From: Vicugna vicugna
Lineage: Eukaryota
DNA length: 64,000 bases
Assembly: GCA_013265495.1 (NCBI GenBank)
Contig: MU058718.1
Location: 3,300,081 to 3,364,080, forward strand
Reading direction: 5' to 3'
The notes beneath the pieces are model-generated. The model was not told where the DNA came from. It saw only the letters and a program-made list of their open reading frames with translations, and searched no databases. The translations under genes were made by a program, and so were the position numbers. How positions within the stretch are numbered: position 1 is the stretch's first letter; the number at the start of each line of letters is the position of its first letter. Positions 47,955 to 61,441 of this stretch are shown one piece after another.

Positions 47955-50105
47955 ATAAAGACCAAATATGAAAAGCCCACATCTAACATACTTAATGGTG
48001 AAAAACTGAAAGCTTTTCCTTTAAGATCAGGAATAAGGCAAGGATGCTCACTCCTGACACTTCTATTCAACATAGTACCAGAAGTTTTAGCCAGAGCAAG
48101 TAGGCAAGAAAAAGAAATAAAAGACATACAAATCAGAAAGAAAGAAGTTAAATTGTCCCTATTTGCAGATGATATGTATTTACGTATAAAAAATCCTAAA
48201 GAGTCCACTGTTAAAACTAATAAACTAATTCAGCAAAATTGCAGGATACAAAATCAACATACAAGATTCAATTGTGTTTCCATACACTAACAACAAATAA
48301 TCTGAAAAGGAAATCAGGAAAAAAAAAATCCCATTTACAAAAGCACCAAAAAGACATTAAGTATTTCAAAATAAATGTAACAAAGGAGGTGAAAGTCTTA
48401 TAACTGAAACTACAAAGCATTGATGAAATAAATAAAAGAAGACACAAATGGAAAGAGATCCCATGTTCATGGACTGGAAGACTTAATAATATTATAATCT
48501 CCATGCTATTCAGAACAATCTACAAATTCAAAGTAATCCCTATCAAAATTCTGCTGGGATTTTTAACAGAAAGAGAAAAGCAGTTCTCCAACTCATATGG
48601 AGCCATAAAAGACCACGAATAGCCAAATCAATCTTGAGAAAGAACAAAATCAAAGCCATCACACTTCCTGATTTGAAAATACATTACAAAGCTATCATAA
48701 TCAAAACAATATGGTACTGGCATAAAAGCAGACCTCTAGACCAATGGACCAGAATAGAGAGCCCAGAAATAAATCCACACATACATGGCCAATTGATCTT
48801 CAACAAGAGCATCAAGAATACACAATGGGAAAGGATAGTCTCTTCAATAAATGGTGCTGGGAAAACTGGATATCCACATGCAAAAGAGTGAAAATGGACT
48901 CTTACCTTACACCATACAAAAATCAACTCAAATTGGAATAAAGACTTAAATGTAAGGCTGGAAACTATAAAACTCCTAGGAAAAAGAACACAGGAAAAGC
49001 CTCATGACATTGATCTATGCAAAGATTTCATGAATATGACATCAAAAGCACAGACAACAAAAACAAATGAGACTACATCAAACAGAAAAGCTTCTGCACA
49101 TCCCCCTGCTGCAAAAAAAAAAAAAATCAACAGAGTGAAAAGGCAATGTACAGACTGCAAGAAAATATTTCCAAACCATATATGTGATAAGGGGTTAATC
49201 TCCAAAATATAAAAGGAATTCTTATGACTCAATAGCAGAAAAAACTAATATACCAATTTAAAAATGGGCTAAGGATTTGAATAGACATTTCTACAGAAAA
49301 GACATATAAATGGCCAACAGGTATATGAAAAAGTACTCAATGACATTATACATCAGGGAGATGCAAATCAAAACCACAATGAGATATCACCTCACATCTG
49401 TCAGGATAGCTGCTACCAAAATAACAGACAAGTGTTGACAAGGATGTGGAGAAATTTTAACCCCTGCACACTGTTGGTGGGAATGTAAAATGGTGCAGCC
49501 ACCATTTTATGGAGATGACTCAAAAAATTAAAAATAGGACTACTATGTAATACAGAAATCCCATTTCTGGGTATTTATCCAAAAGAATTGAAATCAGGAG
49601 TTTAAAGAGCTATTAGTATTCCCATGAGCATTGCAGCACTATTCACAGTTGCCAAGATATGGAAACAACCTAAATGTCCATTGACAGATGGAAAGATAAA
49701 GAAAGTGTGCTACATACATTCAACTGAATGTTATTCAGCCTTAAAAAAGAAGACAATTGTGCAATATGTGACAACATGGAGGAGCCTGGAGGATATTATA
49801 CTAGGTAACATAAGCCAATCACAGGAGACAAGTACCATATAAATCCACTTATATGAGGTATCAAAAATACTCATATTAATAGAATCAAAGAACCAAATGG
49901 TGATTGTCAGGGACTGGGGAGGAGAAATGAAGACCTACTAATCAATGGGCATAAAGTTTTAGTTAAATAAGATGAATAAGCTCCAGAGATCTGAAAAAAA
50001 ATTTTTTTTTCAACAATAGTATTTTGTACACTTAGAAACTTGTTAGGAGTGTGGTATATCTCACATTAAATATTCTTACCACAATAAAGTAAAACAAACA
50101 AAAAA
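47955..50105 (+). mobile_element. L1 (L1MA-like): ORF2 RT to C-terminus and 3'UTR, decayed
   Basis: [37 protein letters not shown]...SLFADDM (RT FADD motif) and later ORF2 fragments with frameshifts. Confidence 0.95.
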
Positions 50106-51039
50106 GAAGTCATTGTTGAACTCATAATGGAACTCATACCATGAGCAGAGAGAGCATACAGGGTTTGTTCTGCCCCAGAAACACAAAGGTACACCAATGA
50201 AGAAGATTCCAGAGACAAAGCTTTAAAATACAGTCACCCCTCAGTTATAGCAAGGGAATTTTTTAAATTAATAAACACTTATTGTATTATCCACACTTCC
50301 TGGCTGTTGTAACCATTTTACAATTCAATCATGTTTTTGCTTCAAGTGTAAAATAACTGAAAGGAGTTTCACTCATTAATATTAGCAACAGTGAATTTTC
50401 TGCCATCTTAGCCGTTTGGGCATGCTGGTTTATGTTGTCACAGCGGTTCAACATCTAGTCAATTAAACCTGAAGAAACCCAGTTAGTCATTAGGTGATTT
50501 GGAATTACAACAATAAACAATCAGTTTTGTTGATTGCTTTGGCTGAATTGATTAAATGCCTCAGAGATATAGTAGAAACACTTCAGTTTGTATGACAGCA
50601 TTGCATTTCTGCTTTCCAGTAATTATAGTCTCTGTCGAGCCAATATTTCCAAAGGAAATACTGTGACATGTTCTGAATTGGTGTCTCATTTACAATATAT
50701 TATTATCTATACTATATTTACCTGAAATAGAGAATTAGCAAAAACAAAACCACAGGAAAGCAGAATAGATGAGCTGCCTGTCCCCAGCCAAAGTTCATCT
50801 GGAGAAGTTAAATATGAACACAATAACTCTTTCTATATCTGTGAGGCAATTAGAAAGTGATATGCACAATCAGCCCACAAATGCAAATGTGCTTCACTCC
50901 AAGTTGCTTTAGGCATTGCCTCTTGGCACATTTGTCTATCGGGATGAACTGCAAGAAAATATCAAGGTCACTCATTCTGTGTTTCAAAGACGGGGAACCA
51001 TCCATCTATCCACCTTCTTGTAATGTGCGTCTTAATGAC

Positions 51040-51482
51040 CGTGGTGGCCCTGAACTTGTGCTGCTCAGATGTCTGCTATGATGGTCGTAGTTGACTACGG
51101 CCGTCGTAGCTTTCCCTCTGTATGCCCCACCGCATTTGTGCCAAGGTCACAATTCCCACAGGCTGCTTTCAGTCAGTGACTGAGCATGACAAGGATACAA
51201 ATGTGGTCCTATGCCTGAGAAACATGATGGCTGACTTAGCTCGAGCACTACCCATTGGCTTGGCTGAACCTCTTTGGGAACCAGGCTGCTGTCTGAGACT
51301 CTTACTACCTGAAGCTCCTTACCCTTCTACTTCCACAAGAGTCAGACCTTTGTTTCCATCCGAAAGCTCTTTCTGCTGTTCCCCACTCTCTCCCCCTTTA
51401 CCTCTCTCCCTTTACCCTGTTACCCTCTCTTACACATCTTACCCCATCTTGGCATCTACTTCTTGGAGGACCCAAACTCACA
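51040..51482 (+). mobile_element. ERVL LTR (LTR16-like)
   Basis: gtggtggcc..gtgctgctcagat start; ccatcttggcatctacttcttggaggacccaaac end. Confidence 0.65.
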
Positions 51483-51859
51483 GTGATCATCATTTTTATA
51501 CTATCATCCAAAACAAAATCAAGAAAAGCTGTGGAAAAAATAATGCTAGGCCTGGAGTAAAACCAAACCCAACCAAAATCTAAAAGTTTAATAGTTTTCT
51601 AATCAGAGTCACAAATTAGTAAAACCAGTTGATATTTTCTGATGTTACTTCCTTTGTATTTTGCATGTCAAAAATGTCCACATCAGTACATGACTATGAG
51701 AAAAAAGTCTGGCTTCTCCTGATATGCACCCTGTCTCATTCAAAGATTGATGCAGAGATACTGAAAACTACCTTTCATGTAAAAATTTATAGCTTTTTTT
51801 TAATCAACTAATACATTTTAGATCATCTTACTCATTTCTGGTAGAAAGGTTTTCCTGGT

Positions 51860-52275
51860 AGAAAATCATTATGAAAAGTACAGAACATTATTTTTTTTTA
51901 ATAAAAATCACCAACTAGTTTCAGCACCTGAAGATACATGATGTCCATAGTTACCATTTTAGTATGCTTTTGTCTGTATTTCTTCTATGCTGTATTTATG
52001 TCTATACCAGTGAGATAATATTCTCTATATAAATTTAGTATCCTGGTTTTCTCTATGGTATTAAATTTTTTATAGAAGCTTTTTCATGTCAGTATAATAT
52101 TCCATTGTGCATTATCCTATTATTCCATTATCCTTTTATTTACCTATTTCCTTCTCTTAGAATTCAGGTAATTTCTAATTTTATGTTTATTATAAGCAGC
52201 CTATAATGAATATCTGTGTTCATAAAATTTTAGTCTACATTTTGGGATTTTTTTCCTTTGTATAGATCCCTAGAA
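51860..52275 (-). mobile_element. Ancient L1ME-like fragment
   Basis: ataatattccattgt..aggtaatttctaatttt..ctataatgaatatc..agatccctagaagt. Confidence 0.5.
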
Positions 52276-53817
52276 GTCTTTCCTGGCTTCCTGAGAAGCC
52301 TGCAGCTTGGGGAGAATTAACAGCTCACTCCCCACATTCACGTAGCATGTTAGAAGAATACAGGCCTAGTCATCAGAAGACCCTATTCCACTATTTCCAA
52401 GTCTCTTTACCTCAGAGTCCCCAAGTATAAAGTCAGGGAGTTGAATCAGATAATTCCTATTGCTCCATTCATATTTAATATTTCTTAAACAGTCAATTAG
52501 TGGACCAAGCTCCTATCAAGGGCCATGATTTTTCTTATACCCTTTAGGTCTGTATAGACACAACAGAACACCACTGGTGATGGTAGATCTACAATATTAC
52601 TGTATCACTATCTTTATGCCATAGAGGACATTCAACAGTATATAAGAATACAGTTGGGTCTGTGATGTCTTCTCACCAACCCATATAACTAACTGCTGTC
52701 TGTGTGTTTTAAAGTTACTTTTGACTTCTACATTGTAGCTATGTGAACCTACTCGCTGAGCCTTCTAATATTAACCCAAGTAAAAGATTGTTCACTTGTT
52801 AGATGTTAACATACGACATTTGAAATTTTTCTTTTGTGTTGCCTGAATTTACCTCTGGTTCAACCTTCATAAAAAAGACTGTATTAAGTGTTTTTCTGTG
52901 CATGACCTTGTGCTAGAAACTGAATTACAAAGACATTATGTTTGATGTCAAGAAATTTCTAATTGAAAAATCATAACACTGAGGACAAAGAAGCATCTAA
53001 ACAATCCGTCTGAATCTCAGTGGTTGTGGGGGGCTGAGGGCCTCTCGTGGAAGGTCAGGAACCAGGGGCTGTGAGAGATTCCGAGTTTCAAGAGGCTGGA
53101 GCTGGTACAATATTGTTCTCCTCAGAGAGAAGATCTTCGGAGGAAATGGGATTCTGGAAGCTTTTCAAATGAAGTGGCAAGGCTTCGGGTCTGCCAGAGA
53201 GAGAACACTTCAAGATCTGGGATCTAAATCAGGAAGGATTCTTTCTCCTGATAAGGGTGCAGACAGAACCATCTCACGTTTTACAGATTGAAAATAAGTC
53301 AGTTGCAGAATAAACAGGAAGGGTAATAACGTAGGAAAGACAGGTCTTAGCAAATGGCAGTGCAAACAAGTAATGAGAGTGAGCGTGGAGAATTAAGGCT
53401 GAGCACTTGGACACACTAAAATGCTTCCATGAGAAAATGCAATTGCTTTCCATTGCACTAGACCTAATTGGGTCCCTTATTGCTTTTAATAGCAATTGCT
53501 CTTTATGAAACACAGTAGTTCTGGCTAGTTCTGGCTCTTTGCTCACACATATTGTGTTGTGAGCTGGCTCTGCCATCAAGGACTTCATGAGGGGTTGAGG
53601 GAAATATTGTAGGAAAAATACTGCTTCTCCCCTATAAGGAATTGGGGTAGAGAGAGTGAAATGTAGTTCTGAGAAAGCTAATCTTACCAAGGGACAGTTA
53701 CTGCTGAGCCAGCTGACATGGTTTTCAAATGAGGATATTTAATAGGGTGACTGGTGCGCAGCAGGCGGTGCTACCCAGACGTGAATGTTAGGAACTTGAA
53801 GTTCCAGCACAGAAGAC

Positions 53818-54378
53818 GAGCCTTAGTTGTGGCTCCCTTGAAAGCAAAGAGTGAGTCAAGGACTGGGGTGTGGCAGCTGAACTGGGAGGTGACCCCAGGG
53901 AGCAGGAGTGAAGCTATTAAGAGAGGGAGACAAGAGGAGAAAGCATAACTAACAGAGACTTTTTGACTTTTCGAGCACCCTGTCCCTGAGGCCTATACAG
54001 GGAGAGCTTCTACCGCTGTGGACATCAGATACTCGTCCCGCCACAGGCCCTCCCAGGACTGTGGCGAATGTGTCCCAGGATCGTCCCACTGATGGACAGG
54101 GAGGTGGGGGGGGATTCGTTCACTAACTGCTTGCTCCTCATTCCCTGAGAAATTCGTCCCCTAAGGCATTAACATCCCCGCACTCCCAGATCACAGCCAT
54201 GCAGACTGAGAGGACTGGAGAAAGTCCTAAGGCAGAAAGCAGAGAGATGTCCAGTCATGTGTTTGAGGTGAGACAGTGGCTGTTCACAGGAACTGCCCGC
54301 TGCCCAGCTCCAGGGTCCCCTCCTGAGGTCTGCGCTGGGATCAGATGAGCGGGGCAGGGTGGTGTGGTCAGACCTGCA
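53818..54378 (-). mobile_element. ERVL LTR (LTR33-like), 3' LTR of the adjacent internal relic
   Basis: aaagcaaagagtgagtcaaggactggg..tgggaggtgaccccagggagcaggagtga. Confidence 0.65.
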
Positions 54379-56520
54379 GAGGACAGTGTCCTTGACATTT
54401 CACGGCGGCCAGTGCTGCCCTCACCAGCGCCTGCCTTCTTGTCTCAGTGGAGGGACTGTCTTCCGGACCCTCTTCCTGGGGAACACAGTCACTGGTTAGA
54501 TTCTCAGTGTCACATAATAAGCCAGTGTAACATGCCCTTATGACTCTTCTCTCCATGCTTCGCCTGGGCAGTTGTGGCTTTTCTGCCTCATTTATTGTAA
54601 GCTATTTCATGTCTAGCCAGCAAAGAACCCAGCCGGCAACCTATGAAGTATCCTTGCCGGGAAGTCAAATCCTGAGTCATGAGAAGGTGCTTCCAGGCCA
54701 GTAAGTGCTCCCTGTGCAATGCCTCCCGTAACACTCCATGCCCTTCTGTCCAACACCTTCAAGATCCACTCCCACGTGTGTTTCCATGTTCCTGTCAGTG
54801 CATTTTAGTAAATTCCTGCAGTTCTTCCAGTGAGAAAGCTGTCTGCTCCCGCAGCAGGGACTGCTTGGGCTAATCAGAGAGCTGTCCCCAGTTATCAAAA
54901 TCTGATGACAATAATAAAAGGCAGGCTCGGGGTGGATCTTAAAAGGGACACATATCAGCTTATATCTGCCTCAGGTGAAGCCTTTGTGTCATCTGCTGGC
55001 AAAGTGGGGACAAATGCTTCTTCCTGCTCAGAGGAATTCAGGGCTTCAAAATGCTCTGGTACATCCACAAAACATGCCTGGTGAAGGTAGGGAGATGCAA
55101 GTCCATTGAAAAACATTTGCTTCCAACCAGACTCTTTTCTCAGTGGTGCCAGTCCCACTCCTCTGGTATCTCTTGTGTACCTGGTTCCTTTCTTGGAAAT
55201 AATGACCATGCTGGTCTTCATTATAAGCAGGTACTGGTGCCTCCTGCTGCTCTCATGGGACCAGCTAGATGATCTCTCCCAGAACAGATGTCTTTTTCTG
55301 GAAGAGCTCCTGCTGGCACCCACACTGAAGGACTTGGCTTCAGTGCCATGAAGACAGCTCTTAAGAGAGGAGATGAGGACACAGCAACACTCCTCATTGA
55401 CGACCTGAGACTGTTTGATACCAGTAATTAGCTGTGAGCAGCATCCCAGTCGAGGCCCTCTCATCCCCTGCACTGGCTCCAGATAGCACTTTAGAAGTGG
55501 CACTGTTGAAAATGGCTCTGTTTTGCTTCATAATCACTCCAAACTCAGCTTCACTCACCATAGAGGGTGGAAAGCCCAAATCTTGGCTGCTAGGGTGGTC
55601 AGAGGGTTCAAAGACCTTCATGTAAATATCTGGTGGAGACCTCACCATTGGGTGGGGAAAGAAGGCTGGGTTGAGGCAAAGGGAGGGTGGAATGGCCCGG
55701 AGGGGGGGAGGTACAGCTAAATAAGGAGGCAATGGAGGAGCATAAGATGCTCATGGTGGGTGCCAGAAGGAAAAGGAGGGACTCCAAAGCTTGAGGAGAG
55801 AAGTGGTAGGAGTGGAATTGGGGGTGGGGCAGACCGATCAGGTGAAGGGCTGAAAAGGGCAACTGAAGTTGCGCACTAGGTGGCTTATTCATGTGGACGG
55901 ATGAAGGTAAAAGTTCTCAGAGTTTGGTCCATCCATCAGCAGAATCACTAGAATCTCAGGTATGGTCCCATGGAGCTATTTCCACTCATGAGACCCAAAC
56001 ACATTCACATTCTGAGCCTCTGACTCAAACTATGACAGATTCTGCCAGGTGGCTGACCTCACCTTTTTCTGCATTAGGTACTTTTTCTGGCAGGAGTTTC
56101 CAGCAATTTGTGGACAGAGTTTTCAGAGGCTGCCGCCTCCTCAGCGTACCCCTTGGACTGGCCTTTTGCTCCATTTTCTGCAAATTTCAGCTCCACCACA
56201 TCATGGACTCCTACAAAGTGAATAACCTGGGACCAGCTGCTGGTCTTTGGTCCACTAGAAGCTGCTCACATAGACAGCAGCTCGTCTGTCATTCAGACTA
56301 TCGTGGGTATGCAGAATCACAGGTGTCTTGCTGGGCTTGGAGACGACTCCTAGCAAACAGGAAGAGGGGGCTCAGGATGGCTGCTTCTGCCATCTGAGGG
56401 CTGGGATGTTTTTCCCATAACATCCAAATTGTGATGTGGTTACTGCTGAAGGAGGTACAGCAACAGAGCCCCACGGTGCCCGTTGGGCGATGATACCTCT
56501 GCATGCCTCTGCAGGGCAAG
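54379..56520 (-). pseudogene. ERVL internal region with decayed gag (~54400-55560) and leader; pol absent
   Basis: Minus-strand frames give EELQEFTKMH*QE / WEWILKVLD...HDSGFD / EGPEDSPST..RQALVRAA and EALNSSE...ASPEA, recognisable ERV-L gag motifs broken by stops and frameshifts. Confidence 0.75.
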
Positions 56521-57169
56521 CTGCATCTGACCTGAGAAGAGATGGGACCTATGAGATGAGACTTGGCCTATGAGAGGTAGGGTCATTGGAGACCCTTCTG
56601 GCTCAGAGGGGAGAGACTGAATTGGACTGAATTCTTCCTCTCTTCTTTGGACATTTCTGATATAGCCCTTAATCAGTCACTGACAGAGTCTCCCCAGAGC
56701 TGAAAAGCCACATTCCCTTGGGACAGAGGCTACAGGTTGTAACCTTTTCCCCTTGTCCCCCAACCTCATCCTCACTTCCCTTCAGAACCTGGCGCCCCAT
56801 CCAACCCACCAAGTGGTAGGTGATGGCTTATCCTCAAAAGCTTTTTAAAATGTAGAAATAGCCAAATAAGGTGATAGTTTAAGGGGAAAAATATAGAATG
56901 CCAGAAAAGCCATTTACCTAGAGGATTTTCTCTCCTCATCTTAATTTTGTTTGTACTCAATGATAGAAGTTTTGGTTTTTCTTACTGAGAGCAAACAGAA
57001 GGAAAAGGCCTTGTCCCCCTGTTGTTGGTTATTTGTTTATCTTCCTGGTAGGTTGAAAATCATGTAAGAAACTTGATGATGTTGTCAGTCTTTTATACTG
57101 CTTTGTATTTTTTCCTTTTATAACAAAACACTTTTAAATAAAAAATGGGGTGTGAGCTGTTAATAAAAA

Positions 57170-57460
57170 CAAAAATAAAAAGACAAATATTGTATGGTTC
57201 CACATACATGAGTTATCTAAAGTAGTCAAATTCATAGAAGCAGAAAGTAGACTGGTATTTACCAGGGCAGTGGGGAGGGGAGAGTGGGGACTTAGTGTGT
57301 AATGGGTATAAAGTTTCAGTTTGGGAAGATAGAAAGTTCTGGAGGTAGATGGTGGTGACTGCACAACAATGTGAATGTACTTAATACCACTGAGCTGTAC
57401 ACTTGGAAATGATTAAAATGGTAAATTTAATACTATATCTGTTTTACCCTAATATAAAAG
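57170..57460 (+). mobile_element. L1MB-like 3'UTR
   Basis: gacaaatattgtatggttccac..gtagtcaaattcatagaagcagaaagtaga...gttctggaggtagatggtggtga..gcacaacaatgtgaatgtacttaat. Confidence 0.88.
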
Positions 57461-57749
57461 AAAGAAAGGAAGGAAAAAAAGAAAGAAGAGGGGAGGGAGG
57501 AAGAACCAGGGAGGAGACAGGCACTTATCTTGTGGACAGAAAAGAAAAGCTCACCCACAAATCAGGGTCTCTTCTCTCATTCATGGATGGTATAAAAACA
57601 AGGTAGATTTCTACCACGTTTGTACCCAACAGCAGCCTTCCACAGGCTCCGTCTCTGATGTGTGTTTTCATCTGGCACAGAAAGCAAACAAACAAGAGTA
57701 TTAAATTGGATTTTCATGCTGTTCAATCTTTTCAGACTCTAGTTGCCCT

Positions 57750-57985
57750 GTAATTGCTATATTTACTGAATGCATGCAACAAGCCGGACACTGTAAACCT
57801 CTATCCTATCAGATAGATCTTATTATTGTTATCTTATTATTATCTCTCTCTTCTTTTTTCTTTTTTAAACAGATTGGTAAACAAATTCAGGAAGGTTGAA
57901 CCACTTCTTAAGACCTTAATGGTCTATTAAACTTTTAATGGACTATAACAGAATTTAGTCCCTGCTGAGCCTGACTCCCAAACCA
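57750..57985 (-). mobile_element. MIR SINE (degenerate)
   Basis: atttactgaatgc..gccggacactgt...acagattggtaaaca...gcctgactccca. Confidence 0.5.
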
Positions 57986-59052
57986 CCACATCACCCTCTT
58001 CCTTTCATTAGATAACTACTTGCAATGCTCTTTGTGCTAGACTTACACTAAGAAGGGTCATGATTCAAAAGCTTGCACATTTAGTTCATTTCAACAACTA
58101 TGGCAGGATGCTGTCACTGTGCTAGAAATTGATATGTGGTGTGTGACCTTACATTATGCATTTCCATATGTTTTATAAAATGCCCGGATTGTGACAAGAA
58201 AGCTAAAGTGGACAAGGCATTTCCTTGAAGGAGCCAGCTCAAAGGTGTTGCTACTGGCCACACTGAGTAATATCATTTAAAAATCCATGATTCTCATAGT
58301 GAGAGGGAGAGAGGAGGTGGGGAGAGAGAAAAGAGGAAAAGATCGTCTTTGTAGGAAAATAATATAGAGAGGAGAAATAATAAATAGAGAAGAAATGGTT
58401 TCATTAGAAATCATCATTTTGTAAGCCTTATATAATAATTGACTCAGGCAAGGATTAACAAAGGATGCTGAAACCATTGGGTAAAAGTTTGTTGGGGAAT
58501 AAGATAGTTGTATTATTCAGATTATCACCCCACAGATTCTTTTTTAATTAAAAAGGAAAAAAGTTATGCTTGTGGTGATATCTGGCAGACACACCTTACC
58601 CAAGTAATCAAACTTTGTTTTTCAGTAATAACAGAACAAATTTACACTCTGTGCCTCTTTCCCATAAGCTACATGGGGAAATACACAGTATCATTTATGT
58701 AGTAGTCTTGAAAAAATGTTTAACTTGAATCTAATCATTAGGACCAGTCCAGAATTGTGGCACATTCTATAAGACAACAGCTCCAATTTTCAAAATGTCA
58801 ATTTCAGGAAAGAAAAAAGAAAAGGTGAAGGGATACTATTCTATATTAAAGTGAACTAAAGAGACATTATCAAACATAGTTTATAAATCCAGATTTCATC
58901 TTGAATTTAAAAACATGGAAATGTCCTAGCTTATGTCATTAAGAATAAAAAAAAAACTGTGATCTATTAAAAAAATATAAGTGCCGTTTTGGGGATAGAT
59001 GGAGATTCAAATATGGACTGTATATTAGTTGATATAATCAGGTGAATGTTAA

Positions 59053-59776
59053 TTTCTTAATTGAAGTATAGTTGATTTATAATATTTCAGGTGCATAGCA
59101 ATGTGATTCAGTTTTATATATACATACATGTACATGTTCTTTTTTCAAATTCTTTTCCAAATAGGTTATTACAAGATATTGAATATGGTTCCCTGTGTTA
59201 TATTGTTGTTTATCTGTTTTATATATAGTCATGCATATATGTTAATCCTAAACTCCTAATTTATCCTTCTCCTCCCCTTTCCCCTTTGGAAATCATAAGT
59301 TTGTTTTCTATATCTGTGAGTCTATTTCTGTGTTGTAAATAAGTTCATTTGTATCATTTTTTAAAGATTCCACATATAAGTGATATCATATGATATTTGT
59401 CTTTGTCTGACTTACTTCACTTAATATGATCTCTAAGTTCACCCATATTGCTGCAAATGGCATTATTTTATTCTTTTTTATGACTGAGTAGTATTCCATT
59501 GTATAAATAGACCACAACTTCTTTATCCAGTCATCTCTTGTGAACATTTAGGTTGGTTCCATGTCTTGGCTATTGTAATTGGTGCTGCTATGAACATTGG
59601 GGTACATATATCTTTTCAAATTAGAGTTTTTGTCTTTTCCAGATATATGCCCAAGAGTGGGATTGCTGGATCATATGGTATCTCTATTTTTACTTTTTTA
59701 AGGAGTCTCAATACTGTTTTCTGTAGTGGTTGCACCAATTTACATTTCCATCAACAGCATAGGAGGGTTCCTTTTT
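59053..59776 (-). mobile_element. Lineage-specific L1 3' end
   Basis: ttaattgaagtatagttgattta...ggattgctggatcatatggta..ggttgcaccaatttacatttccatcaacag; same family as 26669 and 45585. Confidence 0.92.
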
Positions 59777-60367
59777 AAATTTTTTTTAAATGATATCAGG
59801 GGTGGAAATTCATTGAGAGTGTCTTTTGGGGTGAAGTGTCATGATGCTTGCAACTAATTTTTAAATGATTCAAAAAGTATATGTTTTTACATATTATACA
59901 TAGCATATAAAAGTTATATACATATATAAATATAAATAAATATATAGAGACAAAGACAGAGAATAGAAACAGTGACCGACCTATTAGCAATGAGCATCCC
60001 TAGTGCCCAAATTGTAGTCTTGAAATACTATTTCTCACTAAAAGAAACCAGAGCCTCTGGGAAAAAGTGGCTGATTCCAAATCAGTGACACAAAATAGTA
60101 AGATGAGCCTGGAATATCTTGTTTATCAAATACCAAGGAGGTTATCCAAGTCTGTTAGGATCGACTCAAAAAAGTTCACAGCCCACCTGAAGATTTCACT
60201 GGCCAAAGATGGGACAACTGGAGCTTCAATCATGATACTAGTAATTTTGATGAAATTAAAAAATCAAATATGTTTAAATCTGTGAGCTCAAAAAGAACTG
60301 ATCACCTTCAGAATGTGATAGGGCATTGATTCATTACCTTGAAAAATGTTTTAAATAAAAACAAAGA

Positions 60368-60438
60368 ATCACTATGCTGTACAGATATTAACATAACGTT
60401 GTAAATCGACTATACTTCCATTTAAAAAAAAGAAAAAA
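60368..60438 (+). mobile_element. Very short L1 3' terminus with A tail
   Basis: atcactatgctgtaca..aacataacgttgtaaatcgactatacttcc followed by an A-rich tail. Confidence 0.65.
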
Positions 60439-61117
60439 ATTCTGGAAACAATGAAAAAATAAACAAACCTATTATGCTTCCTTGTATTAACTATACCACT
60501 GGGTAACCAAATAACAGATTAGGGAGAATCTCTCTTTATAATAGTATGTCAACTAAAAATGAAATAGACATTATTAAAATTAGAATGTCTTCACTTTGCA
60601 AACCAAGTAAAGGACTAGATACTACAATGATCATCGGTGGCTGCTGACATCACCCCAAGGGAGACATTGGATGTGCCTCCTACAGAACTGTCCAACACCT
60701 CCTTACCTTGCCTGAGGGATCAAACATGATGCTGTCCCTGGATCTAGCTGCCAACTTACAGGAATTACAGAGGGCAGAGAATGTGCTGAATTACACCATG
60801 AGTGTGCAATCAGTAGAATCCAGATCGTGGGAAACTCTGCTGGTCAAAGAAGAGATAAAATAAATGTAAGGAAAAGAAAAGGATTGTTAGGCTAGAATTT
60901 GAAATACATTTTTTAATAGGAAAGACTAAATTATAATGCCCAAGGCCATTTTATCATAATTGGGTGATAAAACTATTTGCAAAGCATCAAATACTATAAA
61001 AGTAATTGGGAAAGAAAGTGTTCATCATTAGAATGAGTTTCATGGATAGGGCTTTTGAAGTGGAAGGCAAAGTTTTATTTTTTGACTTGGGTTGTAGTTA
61101 TAAAGCTGTTCACTTTT

Positions 61118-61441
61118 TTTTTATGTTGAAGTATAGTCAGTTTACAATATTGGTGAACAGCATAATATTTCAGTCATGCATATACATACATATATATTCC
61201 TTTTCATATTTTTTCATTATAAGTTACTGCAAGATACTGAATACAGTTCCCTGGGCTATACAATATAAACTTGTCGTTTATCTGATTTTGTGAGGATTCT
61301 CTGTGTATTTCCAATGTAAGAGGTATTCTCCTAAAGTTCAGTAGGCATTCTGTGTGAATTGTTCTGTATGTGTTTTTGATGTATTCGTGGGAGAGGGTGA
61401 GCATTGCGTCCTTCTACTCCACCATCTTGGCCATCCCTCCC
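61118..61441 (-). mobile_element. Internally deleted or spliced L1: ~160 nt of 5' end fused to ~165 nt of 3' end
   Basis: Minus strand starts gggagggatggccaagatggtggagtagaaggacg (L1 5' terminus, YY1-like) and ends with the L1 3' terminus and A tail; 16-bp TSD aaagc(t/g)gttcactttt (61102-61117, 61442-61457). Confidence 0.8.

Noticed and set aside
47928..48941. Reverse-transcriptase-like ORFs (FADD motif) as a novel RT system
   Set aside because: Ordinary decayed L1 ORF2 with multiple stops and frameshifts.
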